Notes: generated by a model from the letters alone, not told the origin. Positions 1 through 9,109 are shown, counted from the first letter of the stretch. The stretch: DNA of 64,000 bases from an uncultured Bacteroidota bacterium (GCA_900545215.1 UQXW01000001.1:61794-125793), one strand, 5' to 3'. A program made the numbers and translations.

Positions 1-1765
1 GGATTCTGTAAGCAGAGGCGAGAGTTCGGATACCTATCATTGGACGCTGAACAGGGAAATCCCAACTTATTTGGCAAGCATGGCTGTTGCGGATTTCGCC
101 GTTATGGAGCGTAATCTGCAATCCTTAAACGGTAATGTGCCATTGCAGGTGTTTTATTTCCCTTCCGACAGTGCGGCTGTGTATCGTAATTTCGAGAAGT
201 TCGATTCCGCTTTTGCGAATATGGAAAGGCTTTTCGGAGCTTTCCCTTTCGAGCGGGTGGGTTACTGCACCACTCCGCAGGGGAGCATGGAGCATGTAGA
301 TAATATTGCTTTCGTTCGTTCTCTTGCTTCTTCCTTCTCGCTTTCTTCGCAATCCGTGATGGTGCATGAGTTCGCTCATTCATGGTTCGGCAATCTGATT
401 ACTTGCGAAAGTGCGGGCGATATGTGGATAAACGAGGGTTGGACGACTTTCACGGAGAGATTGAGTCTTGAAGCCATGCACGGCAGCGAATATGCAAAGG
501 AACATTTTCGCCAAAAGGCGGAAGAGGTGATTGCGAAGTTGCCTTACCGAGAGGGTGTCTTCGCTTTGTCCGGTGTGGACAGCAGCAGAACGTATTCTTC
601 CACCGTTTACGACAAAGGAGCCTTGGTGGCGATGAGTTTGAAAGCCTATATGGGAGACAGCCTTTTCTATTCGAGTGTGAGAAAACTGTTGAACGATTTT
701 GCTTATTCCAATATAAATTCCCACACCTTGCGGGACAGTCTCTCTTCTTACTCCGGCATCGATTTGACGGACTTTTTCGATTATTACGTTTTTGATACCA
801 TCACTCATCATTTCGCAATATCGGAAGCCGTTTTCGGCAATAATTCCGCAGAGATAAGAATTCGCTCTCGCAGTGCAGTCGATGAGAATGCCGTTTGCGG
901 CAATGCACGTCTTCCGATTACTTTCATGTCTTCCGATTACAGGCTTTGCAAGCGTACCATCGAAGACGACGGTACGCAGAAGCGGCATACGTTTTCGCTT
1001 CCTTTCACTCCCGTTGCGGCATTCTTGGATATGGAGGAAGAGTTCTTCGATTTGACGACGGATTCCTACAAGAAAATCGGCGAAAGAGGTCTTTACGAGT
1101 TCAAGAACTCTTATAGTCGTGTTTTCGTTCACTCTTGCACCGATAGTTTGCTTGTAAGGAGTACTCTGCATTGGGTGGGAGAGAGTGCAAATGTCGGAAA
1201 GCATGGCGTGGACAGGTTCTCCGACAAGCATTATTGGACGATTGAGGGTGTGAATACGGAGAATGCGGAAGCGGAAGCAAGGTTCTATTATGAGGTGGCG
1301 GGTTCCGATATTCCCTTCGATGCCTCCCTGTTGACCTCGTATGCTTCCTTGGATTCCCTTATGTTGTTTTATCGTCCGGATATGGGCAGTGAATGGGAGT
1401 ATGTTGAGACAGCCGAACCTTCTTCCGGCAGGGGATATATCTCCACGCCTCTTCACAGGGGTGATTACATAATGGCGATTGGCGATAAGGCTGTCGTGGG
1501 GCTTGCTGAACCTGATTCAGGGGAGCAAAGCGGCATAAAGGTTTATCCTCAGCCCGCAACTGGTTGTTTGAATGTGGAGTTTCCGAAGGCGGAGCAGGAT
1601 TTCGTCATTTCTGTTTTCGATACTTTGGGAAGGAAACTCTTTTCCGAAAAAGGAAAGAAGGGTATGGACTGCATGAGGTTTAATTTCAGCCTTCCGAGTG
1701 GCGGTTATGTGCTTGATTTGAGGCTTGGCGAAAGGTCGATACGTCAAAATTTCGTGGTGAAATAG
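1..1765 (+). CDS. M1-family zinc metallopeptidase (aminopeptidase N-like) with T9SS C-terminal sorting domain; 5'-truncated at window edge
   Basis: The frame stays open from position 2 into the ATG at 71, so the gene starts upstream of the window. GSMEH (GAMEN-like) and HEFAHSWFGN followed by E match the M1 HExxH+E zinc site. The last ~80 aa (KVYPQPATGCLNVEF...YVLDLRLGE) look like a Por/T9SS type-A CTD. Confidence 0.8.
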   Translation, partial: DSVSRGESSDTYHWTLNREIPTYLASMAVADFAVMERNLQSLNGNVPLQVFYFPSDSAAVYRNFEKFDSAFANMERLFGAFPFERVGYCTTPQGSMEHVDNIAFVRSLASSFSLSSQSVMVHEFAHSWFGNLITCESAGDMWINEGWTTFTERLSLEAMHGSEYAKEHFRQKAEEVIAKLPYREGVFALSGVDSSRTYSSTVYDKGALVAMSLKAYMGDSLFYSSVRKLLNDFAYSNINSHTLRDSLSSYSGIDLTDFFDYYVFDTITHHFAISEAVFGNNSAEIRIRSRSAVDENAVCGNARLPITFMSSDYRLCKRTIEDDGTQKRHTFSLPFTPVAAFLDMEEEFFDLTTDSYKKIGERGLYEFKNSYSRVFVHSCTDSLLVRSTLHWVGESANVGKHGVDRFSDKHYWTIEGVNTENAEAEARFYYEVAGSDIPFDASLLTSYASLDSLMLFYRPDMGSEWEYVETAEPSSGRGYISTPLHRGDYIMAIGDKAVVGLAEPDSGEQSGIKVYPQPATGCLNVEFPKAEQDFVISVFDTLGRKLFSEKGKKGMDCMRFNFSLPSGGYVLDLRLGERSIRQNFVVK

Positions 1766-1805
1766 AAAAAAGTTTCTCCGGATTGTTTACTTTTTCCATT
1801 TTTCG

Positions 1806-2384
1806 TTGTCTTTCGAGCGAAAGTATATGGAAGAAAAGAAGGAAATCGTCGAATTGGTGGAACTCTGTCGCAGAAACGACAGGGTGGCTCAGCGTAAGAT
1901 TTTCGAGAGGTACAAAGGCGTTATGTTCTCGATTTGCAAACGCTACATGCGAAGTTCCGCCGATGCGGAAGATGCCTTGATTTCGGGCTTTACCAATGCG
2001 TTTCTGAAAATGGATTCGTACAACGGCAGCGGGACTTTCGGCAGTTGGCTGAAAGCCATAATTGTAAACAACTGCATAAACCTCTATAAGCAAGAGCTGA
2101 GACGCAATCAGGTGGAACGAGGGGAAGAAAGAGAGGAGTTCGTCGAAGAGCTTGAGATGGAGGACAGGTTTTCGACAGATGAGTTGTATGATGCGATAAA
2201 TTCCTTGGACGAAAGGTACAGAACGGTGTTCAACATGGTTGTCGTAGATGGTTACAAATATGCGGAGGTTGCCGAATGTTTGAATTCAAAGGTCGAAATC
2301 GTTAAGACGATTCTTTATAGAGCGAAGCAGAAATTGAAGATGTATTTAACTGAAACGGAGAAGAGAAAGGAGAGTAAGTCATGA
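1806..2384 (+). CDS. RNA polymerase sigma-70 factor, ECF subfamily
   Basis: Has a region 2-like stretch (RYMRSSADAEDALISGF) and a region 4 helix-turn-helix (YRTVFNMVVVDGYKYAEVAECLNSKVEIVKTILYRAKQKL). Length is 192 aa. Confidence 0.85.
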   Translation: MSFERKYMEEKKEIVELVELCRRNDRVAQRKIFERYKGVMFSICKRYMRSSADAEDALISGFTNAFLKMDSYNGSGTFGSWLKAIIVNNCINLYKQELRRNQVERGEEREEFVEELEMEDRFSTDELYDAINSLDERYRTVFNMVVVDGYKYAEVAECLNSKVEIVKTILYRAKQKLKMYLTETEKRKESKS

Positions 2385-3262
2385 AGTTGGACGAATTGTT
2401 CAGAAGCAGGTTGCATGATGCCGAAGCAGAGGTGCCGAATGGCGTTTGGGATAAGTTGGAAGCGGGATTGAACGAGGCAATGCCGCAATCGGCTGATGCT
2501 GCTCACTCTTCCGGAACATCGCTTGCCTCTTCGGCAAAGTTTTCGGCAGTGGTCGGAAAAACCATTGCGGGCATTGCATTGGCGGCTTTTGCCGGCGGAG
2601 GTGTTTATCTGTTGAACAGGAGCGAAGTAAAGGAGAAAAAGCCGATTGCAAAGCCGGAAACAAGGATTGTGGAAACCGTGCAGAACACGCCGGAAGCCGA
2701 GACGGAAAAAACGATTGAAGTTCCGAAAAAACGAAACGCCGTTTCAATTTCGCCGAACGCCGATTTATTTTTCTCAAACGCCGTTTCTGAAATCGGAAAC
2801 GAAGAGATGGTGAAAGGGGAGGAGAAAGAGGTTGACCATGTTGCCGAAACGGTGCTGTCTCCCGCAGCAACTGCGGTGCAGAGCGAAAGCATATCGCCGG
2901 CAAAGCCCGTGAAACAGCAACGGCATGAGCAGAGCGTGCCGCAAAAAGAGGTTTGTGAAGCGAAACCGCAGGAAAGACAACGGGCGGAGGCGGCTTTCGA
3001 GCCTGCAATCGGCATACCGAACCTTGTGTCTCCGAATAATGACGGCATAAACGACCGTTTCGAGATACGCAACATCGAGAAATATCCCGATAACGAACTT
3101 GTCATTTTCGACAGAAGGGGAAAGGTGGTTTTCCGAGCGGTTTCATACCCCAACGATTGGGCTGCGGAAGGGCTTGCGGACGGTGTATATTTCTATCGTT
3201 TTGCTGTGAGAGAAGGCTCGAAACAGAAAATATTCACGGGAAATATCAACGTGATGAGATAA
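2381..3262 (+). CDS. anti-sigma-like single-pass membrane protein with T9SS type-B (gliding-motility-associated) C-terminal domain
   Basis: Overlaps the sigma gene by 4 nt (ATGA). It has a conserved N-terminal segment (LFRSRLHDAEAEVPNGVWDKL), one TM helix (IAGIALAAFAGGGVYLL), a low-complexity linker, and a C-terminal IPNLVSPNNDGINDRFEI...YFYRF motif typical of T9SS type-B CTDs. Confidence 0.6.
   Translation: MKLDELFRSRLHDAEAEVPNGVWDKLEAGLNEAMPQSADAAHSSGTSLASSAKFSAVVGKTIAGIALAAFAGGGVYLLNRSEVKEKKPIAKPETRIVETVQNTPEAETEKTIEVPKKRNAVSISPNADLFFSNAVSEIGNEEMVKGEEKEVDHVAETVLSPAATAVQSESISPAKPVKQQRHEQSVPQKEVCEAKPQERQRAEAAFEPAIGIPNLVSPNNDGINDRFEIRNIEKYPDNELVIFDRRGKVVFRAVSYPNDWAAEGLADGVYFYRFAVREGSKQKIFTGNINVMR
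2735..2787. repeat. short dispersed repeat (AAACGCCGTTTC-module family), copy 1, lying in frame inside the CDS
   Basis: acgccgtttcaatttcgccgaacgccgatttatttttctcaaacgccgtttc. The 3' half is near-identical to the copies at 33902-33972 and 8762-8833. Confidence 0.45.
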
Positions 3263-3375
3263 AATCCGATTTTTATTTCGCTGGCAACCAAAAGGCTACG
3301 CCAAACGGGCGAAAAAAAGTGTATGAAACCCTCTTTCATTAGGTTCAATATCCGTAATATTGCAAAAAAATTGGA

Positions 3376-3771
3376 GTGGATATAATGAAAGCACAGACAA
3401 AGAAACATTTGATTAAGAGCTACCAGAATTTACCGCAGGAGGCAAGAGATATGTTCGATGCCCAATATGGCGAAGGTTACGCCGATGCTGCCCAAAAGAT
3501 AACCAAACCCGACGGTTCTTCTCTTTATGTCGTGCCTTTGGAAACAGAAGACGCGGTTTACATGGTTAAAGTCGATGTCGTTGTGGATTCCAAGTTCACG
3601 GAAGAGGAATTCGATAAGGAAATCCTCGGTTCATCGAAGAATGATGAGGAGATAGCAGGAGAAAGCGAGGAAGAGGAGGAAGAAACTCAGGGAAAAGAAA
3701 AATTCGTTCTCAATCACGGAGATTATTCCGAGGTTGAAGAAGCGGAAGAACCCAAGGAAGAATTGGAGTAG
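3376..3771 (+). CDS. hypothetical acidic protein
   Basis: 131-aa ORF with a Glu-rich C-terminus (ESEEEEEETQ) and no recognisable motif. A terminator hairpin follows it. Confidence 0.4.
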   Translation: MDIMKAQTKKHLIKSYQNLPQEARDMFDAQYGEGYADAAQKITKPDGSSLYVVPLETEDAVYMVKVDVVVDSKFTEEEFDKEILGSSKNDEEIAGESEEEEEETQGKEKFVLNHGDYSEVEEAEEPKEELE

Positions 3772-3797
3772 AGGAAAGATAGCCGACCATAATGAGG

Positions 3798-3836
3798 AAG
3801 AGGGAATCAGACTTGTTCGATTCCCTCTTTTTTCTT
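3798..3836. terminator. bidirectional rho-independent terminator shared by convergent genes
   Basis: An 11-bp stem (aagagggaatc / gattccctctt) with a 10-nt loop, followed by TTTTTTCTT. It overlaps the last codons of the minus-strand gene. Confidence 0.5.
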
Positions 3837-5021
3837 GTCCTTATGCGTGATTGCATATAACCAACAGAAAGCGAAGCTGCAGAAATGCACTCCTGCCTGA
3901 CGCTCCAAAGAAGATTCGGTCATCATCAGCAAGCCTATTATGGCAAGCCCTGCCAATAGAGCGAAATACTTTCTTTCCCATAGCCGCAAAGCGAAGCAGA
4001 CAAACACTGCAACCAAGCACGCCAAGCCCAAGACACCGATGGCAACCGTTGTTTGAAGAAACTGATTGTGAGCATTGAGGTAACGCTTAAAGCCTATTTG
4101 TTCATCTGAATGCATTTTCGTTAAAACATCTTTGGTATCTCCGGTACCATATCCCCAAACAGGAGAATTCATTATCGATTTGTTGAGGACATAATAGTAT
4201 ATCGTTAATCTTGATTCGGAGGAACTACTTGCGGATTTGGGTATCGACCGCTCGAAAGGCAGGCGGGACATTGCTCCCACAAAAGCCACGTTTCCGATAA
4301 CGTATGCTATGAACAGTAATGCGAGCAAAATGTTTCTCTTGCGGAACAAATGGAAAAGTATAATCAAGTCTGCAACTGCAATTCCTATTGAACCCACTCT
4401 GCTGTCCAAGAGTATAAGAAGTGTATTGAAGAAACATATCAGACAACTCTTTATGATGATTACGCCTTTGTCGCTTATGCGGAGAAAATGCAGAGGATTG
4501 AAAAAGGTAAGAATAGCTGCAATGCAGGTTTCTGTCGCCAAATAGTTCGGAGCATATTTTGCTGACAGATAAATGTACATAATGCGTCTGAAATTGAATG
4601 TTTCAGCATGCATGTTTCGCAGTATGGCTGAAATAAGAAGGCAAGAAAGCACTATCGTAATGCCGGTGATGAATGCCGAAGCGTAAATCCATAAGCGTTT
4701 TTTTGTCAGGTATTCCCGTGGAATGAAGCAGAAAAGGAAAGGTATCAGTATCAGAGGCAATTTGATTTGCAAATCCATCATACCGTATGCCGTATTGCTG
4801 CTCCAAAGCATGCCTATGCAATAGAGAATGTAAAGCGTAGCCAACCAAAACAGCGGATTGCGTAAATCGAATATTTGTTTGGCGGTATATTTGCAGCGGA
4901 ATAATTCACCGCTTGCCAACAAAATCAAAGCCAAAAGCATTATGGAAATGCTCTTGAAGAAAGGTGGCAAAGCGATGCAAAAACCGCAAAATACCAATGC
5001 GAGAAAAATAAGTCTGTGCAA
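3807..5021 (-). CDS. O-antigen ligase (Wzy_C/WaaL-like) family polytopic membrane protein
   Basis: About 10 hydrophobic segments and a large loop with the NAHNQFLQ motif characteristic of O-antigen ligase family loops. Confidence 0.55.
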   Translation of the reverse strand: MHRLIFLALVFCGFCIALPPFFKSISIMLLALILLASGELFRCKYTAKQIFDLRNPLFWLATLYILYCIGMLWSSNTAYGMMDLQIKLPLILIPFLFCFIPREYLTKKRLWIYASAFITGITIVLSCLLISAILRNMHAETFNFRRIMYIYLSAKYAPNYLATETCIAAILTFFNPLHFLRISDKGVIIIKSCLICFFNTLLILLDSRVGSIGIAVADLIILFHLFRKRNILLALLFIAYVIGNVAFVGAMSRLPFERSIPKSASSSSESRLTIYYYVLNKSIMNSPVWGYGTGDTKDVLTKMHSDEQIGFKRYLNAHNQFLQTTVAIGVLGLACLVAVFVCFALRLWERKYFALLAGLAIIGLLMMTESSLERQAGVHFCSFAFCWLYAITHKDKKKEGIEQV

Positions 5022-5144
5022 AAGTCGTCAATGTCTTCATATCGGATTGATGTATAATACTGGCGTTTTCTGAAAATATTGTTTCTATCTCTTCTTTCAT
5101 CACGAACTTCCATTCGTGTGAACGGAAGAAAGTATATGATTAAA

Positions 5145-5186
5145 ACAAAAAAAGATAGAGAAGAAACGTATTCTCTCTATCTTTTT
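5145..5186 (-). terminator. rho-independent terminator downstream of the OmpA-family gene (hairpin flanked by A-run and T-run, so usable on both strands)
   Basis: gatagagaa..ttctctatc stem spanning 5154-5181, with an A9 run on one side and TTTTT on the other. Confidence 0.5.
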
Positions 5187-5210
5187 GCCGAATTGCTTCG
5201 TTATCGTTGC

Positions 5211-6383
5211 TTACTTCTTGATGATGGCTGCACGGTTCATGTAAGCTTTACCGCTGAACGGTTGTTCTTTGCAGCCTTTGTAATCTATTTTCAAGCGATT
5301 CTTGTCAACGCCCAAGTTAACCAAGTAGTTGTAAACAGATTCCGCTCTTTCTTTACTCAAAGCGTCGTTACGCTCAGCACTACCTGTTTCCTTATCTGCG
5401 TATCCGGTGATGGTGAAAACGTCTTTTCCTTTATCTGCCTTGATGGCTTCAGCCAAGAACTTCAAGTTCTCTTGGTTCTTATCGGAGATTTTGCTCTCGC
5501 CCAAGCGGAAGAAGATTGACAAAGACTGATTTGTGGTAGGTGCATACGCTGCTTTCGCCTTGCGTTCTGCCTCCATGGCAGCCTCTTTCGCTTTTTTCTC
5601 CTTATCTACGGCTGCTTTCAATCTGTTGATTTCTGCTTCGTCTTCAGCTATTGTCTTGTTACCGTTTTCAACGTCTTTTTCCAATGCAGCAATCTTGTTC
5701 TTGTATTGGTCGTGGTCGATATAACCGAACGTTCTCTTCGTAGGGATTTTGTAAGTCGCTCCAATGCTTGCGTCCCATAGCAATCCGAACCTGCTATACT
5801 TTGGCAAATTATCGAAATCTTGGGTAACCAATGTTGTCTTTATCTCCAAATTCGCGTCCCATGCTTCGCATAGTCTGAATCTGTTTTGCAAACCGCCCGT
5901 GAAAGCGTATTCTCCGTTCCAGCCATCCTTGGCATCGGTCGTTGAACTTGCGTATCCGAAACCTCCAAACAAGACTGCGTTATAAAATCTGTCGCTTTTG
6001 TATCCGCAAATCCAGTTCGTGAGATTTGCCATAACGTCTGCATGAACGTAAAGATAGTTCCAATCGTTTTGAACTTCCGCATCGTCGAACGTTGTCATGG
6101 AATAACCTTGGAATTGTACTCTTCCTCCGAAGATAGGGGTAATCCATTTGCCCACAGCCACGTTAAAGCCGATGTTCATACGGTCTCCGAAACTTCCTTT
6201 GTTCAATTCCTTGTCCGTTCTTGTCAATTTCTGGAACAACTGTCCGCTTACGCCTGCGGAAATCTCCCAATTATCGATGAAACGGTTCGTTTCAAAACCT
6301 GCGTGTCTCAACACAGTCTTTTCTTGTGCATTTGCCGACAAAAACAGCATGAATGCCGAAATGCAAAATATTACTTTCTTCAT
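5211..6383 (-). CDS. OmpA-family outer-membrane protein with coiled-coil linker
   Basis: Signal peptide MKKVIFCISAFMLFLSANAQ; a Lys/Glu/Ala-rich coiled segment; a C-terminal OmpA_C-like domain (TITGYADKETGSAERNDALSKERAESVYNYL). Confidence 0.85.
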   Translation of the reverse strand: MKKVIFCISAFMLFLSANAQEKTVLRHAGFETNRFIDNWEISAGVSGQLFQKLTRTDKELNKGSFGDRMNIGFNVAVGKWITPIFGGRVQFQGYSMTTFDDAEVQNDWNYLYVHADVMANLTNWICGYKSDRFYNAVLFGGFGYASSTTDAKDGWNGEYAFTGGLQNRFRLCEAWDANLEIKTTLVTQDFDNLPKYSRFGLLWDASIGATYKIPTKRTFGYIDHDQYKNKIAALEKDVENGNKTIAEDEAEINRLKAAVDKEKKAKEAAMEAERKAKAAYAPTTNQSLSIFFRLGESKISDKNQENLKFLAEAIKADKGKDVFTITGYADKETGSAERNDALSKERAESVYNYLVNLGVDKNRLKIDYKGCKEQPFSGKAYMNRAAIIKK

Positions 6384-6470
6384 AACAATTTGATATATTT
6401 TCTCATTTTGTACTCATTTCCTTATTTCCTTATTCCTGATTACTCTAACGTCTCAACTCGAATAATGTTG

Positions 6471-6478
6471 CAAAGATA
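6471..6478 (-). promoter_or_regulatory. Bacteroidota -7 box (TAtcTTTG on the minus strand) upstream of the OmpA-family gene
   Basis: Plus-strand caaagata is TATCTTTG on the minus strand, ~80 nt upstream of the ATG. No clear -33 TTTG. Confidence 0.3.
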
Positions 6479-6565
6479 CAATCTTTTTTCAATCTACACA
6501 TATTTTTCATGTAATTTTTTCGCTCGGCGTACGTTCCCAAGTAAATCACATAAAAGTCAAGTACA

Positions 6566-8659
6566 ATGAGAAAATTCACATTTTTAGTTTACGTATGCTG
6601 TTTGGGTCTTGCGTTTGCAGGCTTCGGACAGACGGGTTTGCTGCAAAAACAGCAAAAGGCAGCCGAAATGAAAGGCAAGATGTCGCCCGAGGAGTTGAAT
6701 ACATATTATAGAGGTATTCATTCGAGAGTTCCTATGAAGAGAAGTCTTCCGCAAAACATCTTCAAAGCAAAATCGAACGATAACGGAGTGAAAACGCCTC
6801 TCGAAGTTCCAGAGGATATGATATTCCCTATCGAAAGTGATGAGGTGCAGGCTATTCTCATGACATGGATATACGATACCTACACGGTCTCCGGCAACGA
6901 ACCTGCGGAGGAATTGTTCGAGGGTCAGGGTATGTCGTATTATTCCGATTCATACGAGTTGGTGCCGGTCGTTTCAACGCCCGATGTTTCTGCCACAAGC
7001 AGCTATGCGAAGTTGTTTGCCAAGTTGGCTGACGGCATTCAGCGGCATGCTCAGGTTTGGATAAACATACGTTCCGCCGAAGACAGTATCGCAATCAAGG
7101 ATTTCATGACGCAAAGAGGCACTCCGTTGACCAATTATCGTTTCTTCATCAACCCGGGCAACTCTTTCTGGTACAGAGACTGCGGTCCTGTTGCTTTCTA
7201 CTACGGAGAGCAGGACAGCATAGGCTTCATGGATTTCGAATACTATGGTGGCAGACCGCTGGACGACCAAATCGCCAAACGCATAGGAGAACAAGCCGGC
7301 TTCCGTGTCTTTACCAATACCATAGAATATGAGGGCGGAAACATACTTCTCGATGGTGTGGGAAGTTTGTTCACTTCCGATGCGGTTTATGAGTTGAACC
7401 AAGACACCTACGGGCTTTACTATTTGGATTCTTCAAGCCCTTACGGTTACAATGTGCAGAGCAAGCCATCGTTAAGCAACAGTCAGGTGCGGGATTCCCT
7501 TATGCACTTGTTGAATCTTTCACGCTGCGTTGTCCTTCCGGCTTTGAAGTATGACGGAGGCACAGGGCATATAGACCTTTACTGCGACATGTGGGACGAA
7601 ACAAGTTTCGTATCGACCAAACACCCTTCCTCCATGGCGAACCTCTCGGATCCGAGAAGGGTGGAAAGCAACATGGACTTGCTTTGCAATTTGGAAACCA
7701 TTTTCGGTTCGAAGTACCACAACACGAGGATACCTCTTCCTGCCAAAAACAACGGTTCGTGGTACTCTTCGCAGAGCGAATACAACAGGAACTACACTCG
7801 TTCTTACTCGAACCACACTTTCGTCAACGATGCAATCATGCAGCCGGTCTTCTATGACGAATCCCTCAGCGGTTCGAGAAGAGGCGATGTCGATGGCAAC
7901 AAAGCGGCAATCGAGATAATGAAACAACGTTACCCGGGCTATGAATTCGAAGAAATAGACGTCAGGGAATTTGACGGCTTCGGCGGAGCAATCCACTGCA
8001 TCACCAAACAAATACCTGCGGAAAACCCTGTCAGAATATACCATGACCCTGTCAGATGGTGGAATACCGCAAGCAATGCGTCGGCTCCCACATACAGGGT
8101 TATAGCACAAAACCGCAGCGGCATAGCTTCCGCATCCGTTTTCTATCGCACGAGCGGCGAGACAGCATGGCAGGAAGCCGTACTCACGGCTGACGAAGGC
8201 AATATGTTCACTGCCCAAATCAATCTTCCGGAAACGACGAGAGATACCCTCGAATACTACATTTCCGCGACTTCAAACAACGGAAAAACCATCACCAAGC
8301 CCATGACCGCACCTAAAGGCTTCTATACGACAGTCTATGGCAGTGATGTGAACGGTATAAGCGAAGAAAGCGTTTATGCATCTTTGAACACACTTCCCGC
8401 AAGCGAATTGGAAGGTATAGGACAGGTTTATCCCAACCCTGCGAACGACATGGCACAAATCGCTTTCTCCGAAGAACTATCCGCAGATGTGAACATAAAA
8501 TTGGTGAACGCCAAAGGACAGGTTCTTTTGTTCGACAAGGTGAAGAGAGGAGACACAAATCTCAGAATAGACGTGTCGAAATTGAAATCCGGCATCTATT
8601 GGCTCATCTTTAATTCCGACAACGGCTCGGCAGCACGAAAAGTCGTGGTGAACAGATAG
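6566..8659 (+). CDS. secreted agmatine-deiminase/PPAD-family (Porphyromonas-type peptidylarginine deiminase-like) enzyme with Ig-like domain and T9SS C-terminal sorting domain
   Basis: Signal peptide; FWYRDCGPVAFYY; C-terminal catalytic-cysteine motif GFGGAIHCITKQIP; then a ~100-aa beta-rich segment; then a Por-secretion CTD (VYPNPANDMAQIAF...IYWLIFNSDNG). Confidence 0.75.
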   Translation: MRKFTFLVYVCCLGLAFAGFGQTGLLQKQQKAAEMKGKMSPEELNTYYRGIHSRVPMKRSLPQNIFKAKSNDNGVKTPLEVPEDMIFPIESDEVQAILMTWIYDTYTVSGNEPAEELFEGQGMSYYSDSYELVPVVSTPDVSATSSYAKLFAKLADGIQRHAQVWINIRSAEDSIAIKDFMTQRGTPLTNYRFFINPGNSFWYRDCGPVAFYYGEQDSIGFMDFEYYGGRPLDDQIAKRIGEQAGFRVFTNTIEYEGGNILLDGVGSLFTSDAVYELNQDTYGLYYLDSSSPYGYNVQSKPSLSNSQVRDSLMHLLNLSRCVVLPALKYDGGTGHIDLYCDMWDETSFVSTKHPSSMANLSDPRRVESNMDLLCNLETIFGSKYHNTRIPLPAKNNGSWYSSQSEYNRNYTRSYSNHTFVNDAIMQPVFYDESLSGSRRGDVDGNKAAIEIMKQRYPGYEFEEIDVREFDGFGGAIHCITKQIPAENPVRIYHDPVRWWNTASNASAPTYRVIAQNRSGIASASVFYRTSGETAWQEAVLTADEGNMFTAQINLPETTRDTLEYYISATSNNGKTITKPMTAPKGFYTTVYGSDVNGISEESVYASLNTLPASELEGIGQVYPNPANDMAQIAFSEELSADVNIKLVNAKGQVLLFDKVKRGDTNLRIDVSKLKSGIYWLIFNSDNGSAARKVVVNR

Positions 8660-8672
8660 CCTTACTCTCGAT

Positions 8673-8712
8673 GTAACGAAGTCCGCAGTTCTCGAACTGC
8701 GGGCTTCGTTAC
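8673..8712 (+). terminator. long perfect hairpin terminator
   Basis: gtaacgaagtccgcagttc-tcg-gaactgcgggcttcgttac, an 18-bp stem, followed by TTAT. Confidence 0.5.
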
Positions 8713-8761
8713 TTATATCGCCCAAGCCGCCGAAAATCTTTTTCCTATTTTGAAAAGCAAA

Positions 8762-8833
8762 CACCGTTTCATGAAATTGAAATGGCGGAAGAATTTTTTC
8801 TTTCGGCGATTTATTTTTGCGGAACGGCGTTTT
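8762..8833. repeat. short dispersed repeat (AAACGCCGTTTC-module family), copy 2, intergenic
   Basis: caccgtttcatgaaattgaaatggcggaagaattttttctttcggcgatttatttttgcggaacggcgtttt. About 75% identical to the copy at 33902-33972. Confidence 0.5.
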
Positions 8834-8898
8834 GGTCGAGGGGTGTTTTTATCGGTTGGCGGAATATGGTTTTGCGGCTTTTAAAATGGGTGCTTGAA

Positions 8899-8930
8899 TT
8901 TGGCTTGTTCGATAAAAAGTGCTATCTTTG
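8899..8930 (+). promoter_or_regulatory. Bacteroidota sigma-A-type promoter (TTTG-N20-TAtcTTTG)
   Basis: TTTG at 8899-8902 and TATCTTTG at 8923-8930, ~180 nt upstream of the aminotransferase ATG. Confidence 0.45.
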
Positions 8931-9109
8931 CAGCGTTGAAGCGTGTTGCTTCGACTTGCGGGGTGGGTTTATGTGCGTTCCGATGTGTTTGTGCGATTAA
9001 ATGTGGCGGTGGACGGAGGTCGGGCAGGGTTGCATTGATGTATATGTGCGTCGGAAGGGAAGAAAGAAAAGGCAAAACAGTATTTCAGTATTAACAAAAC
9101 AGTAATTTT

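Noticed and set aside
380-1456. 358-aa minus-strand ORF antisense to the M1 peptidase gene
   Set aside because: It overlaps a well-supported plus-strand gene entirely and has no motif and a low-complexity composition. It is a typical GC-rich antisense shadow ORF.
8930-9060. GT-rich structured-looking leader (ggtgggtttatgtgcg…ggcggtggacggaggtcgggcagggttgc) upstream of the aminotransferase, considered as a riboswitch
   Set aside because: I could not match it to any known riboswitch consensus (TPP, SAM, glycine, cobalamin, FMN) by eye. It is left as an unexplained leader.
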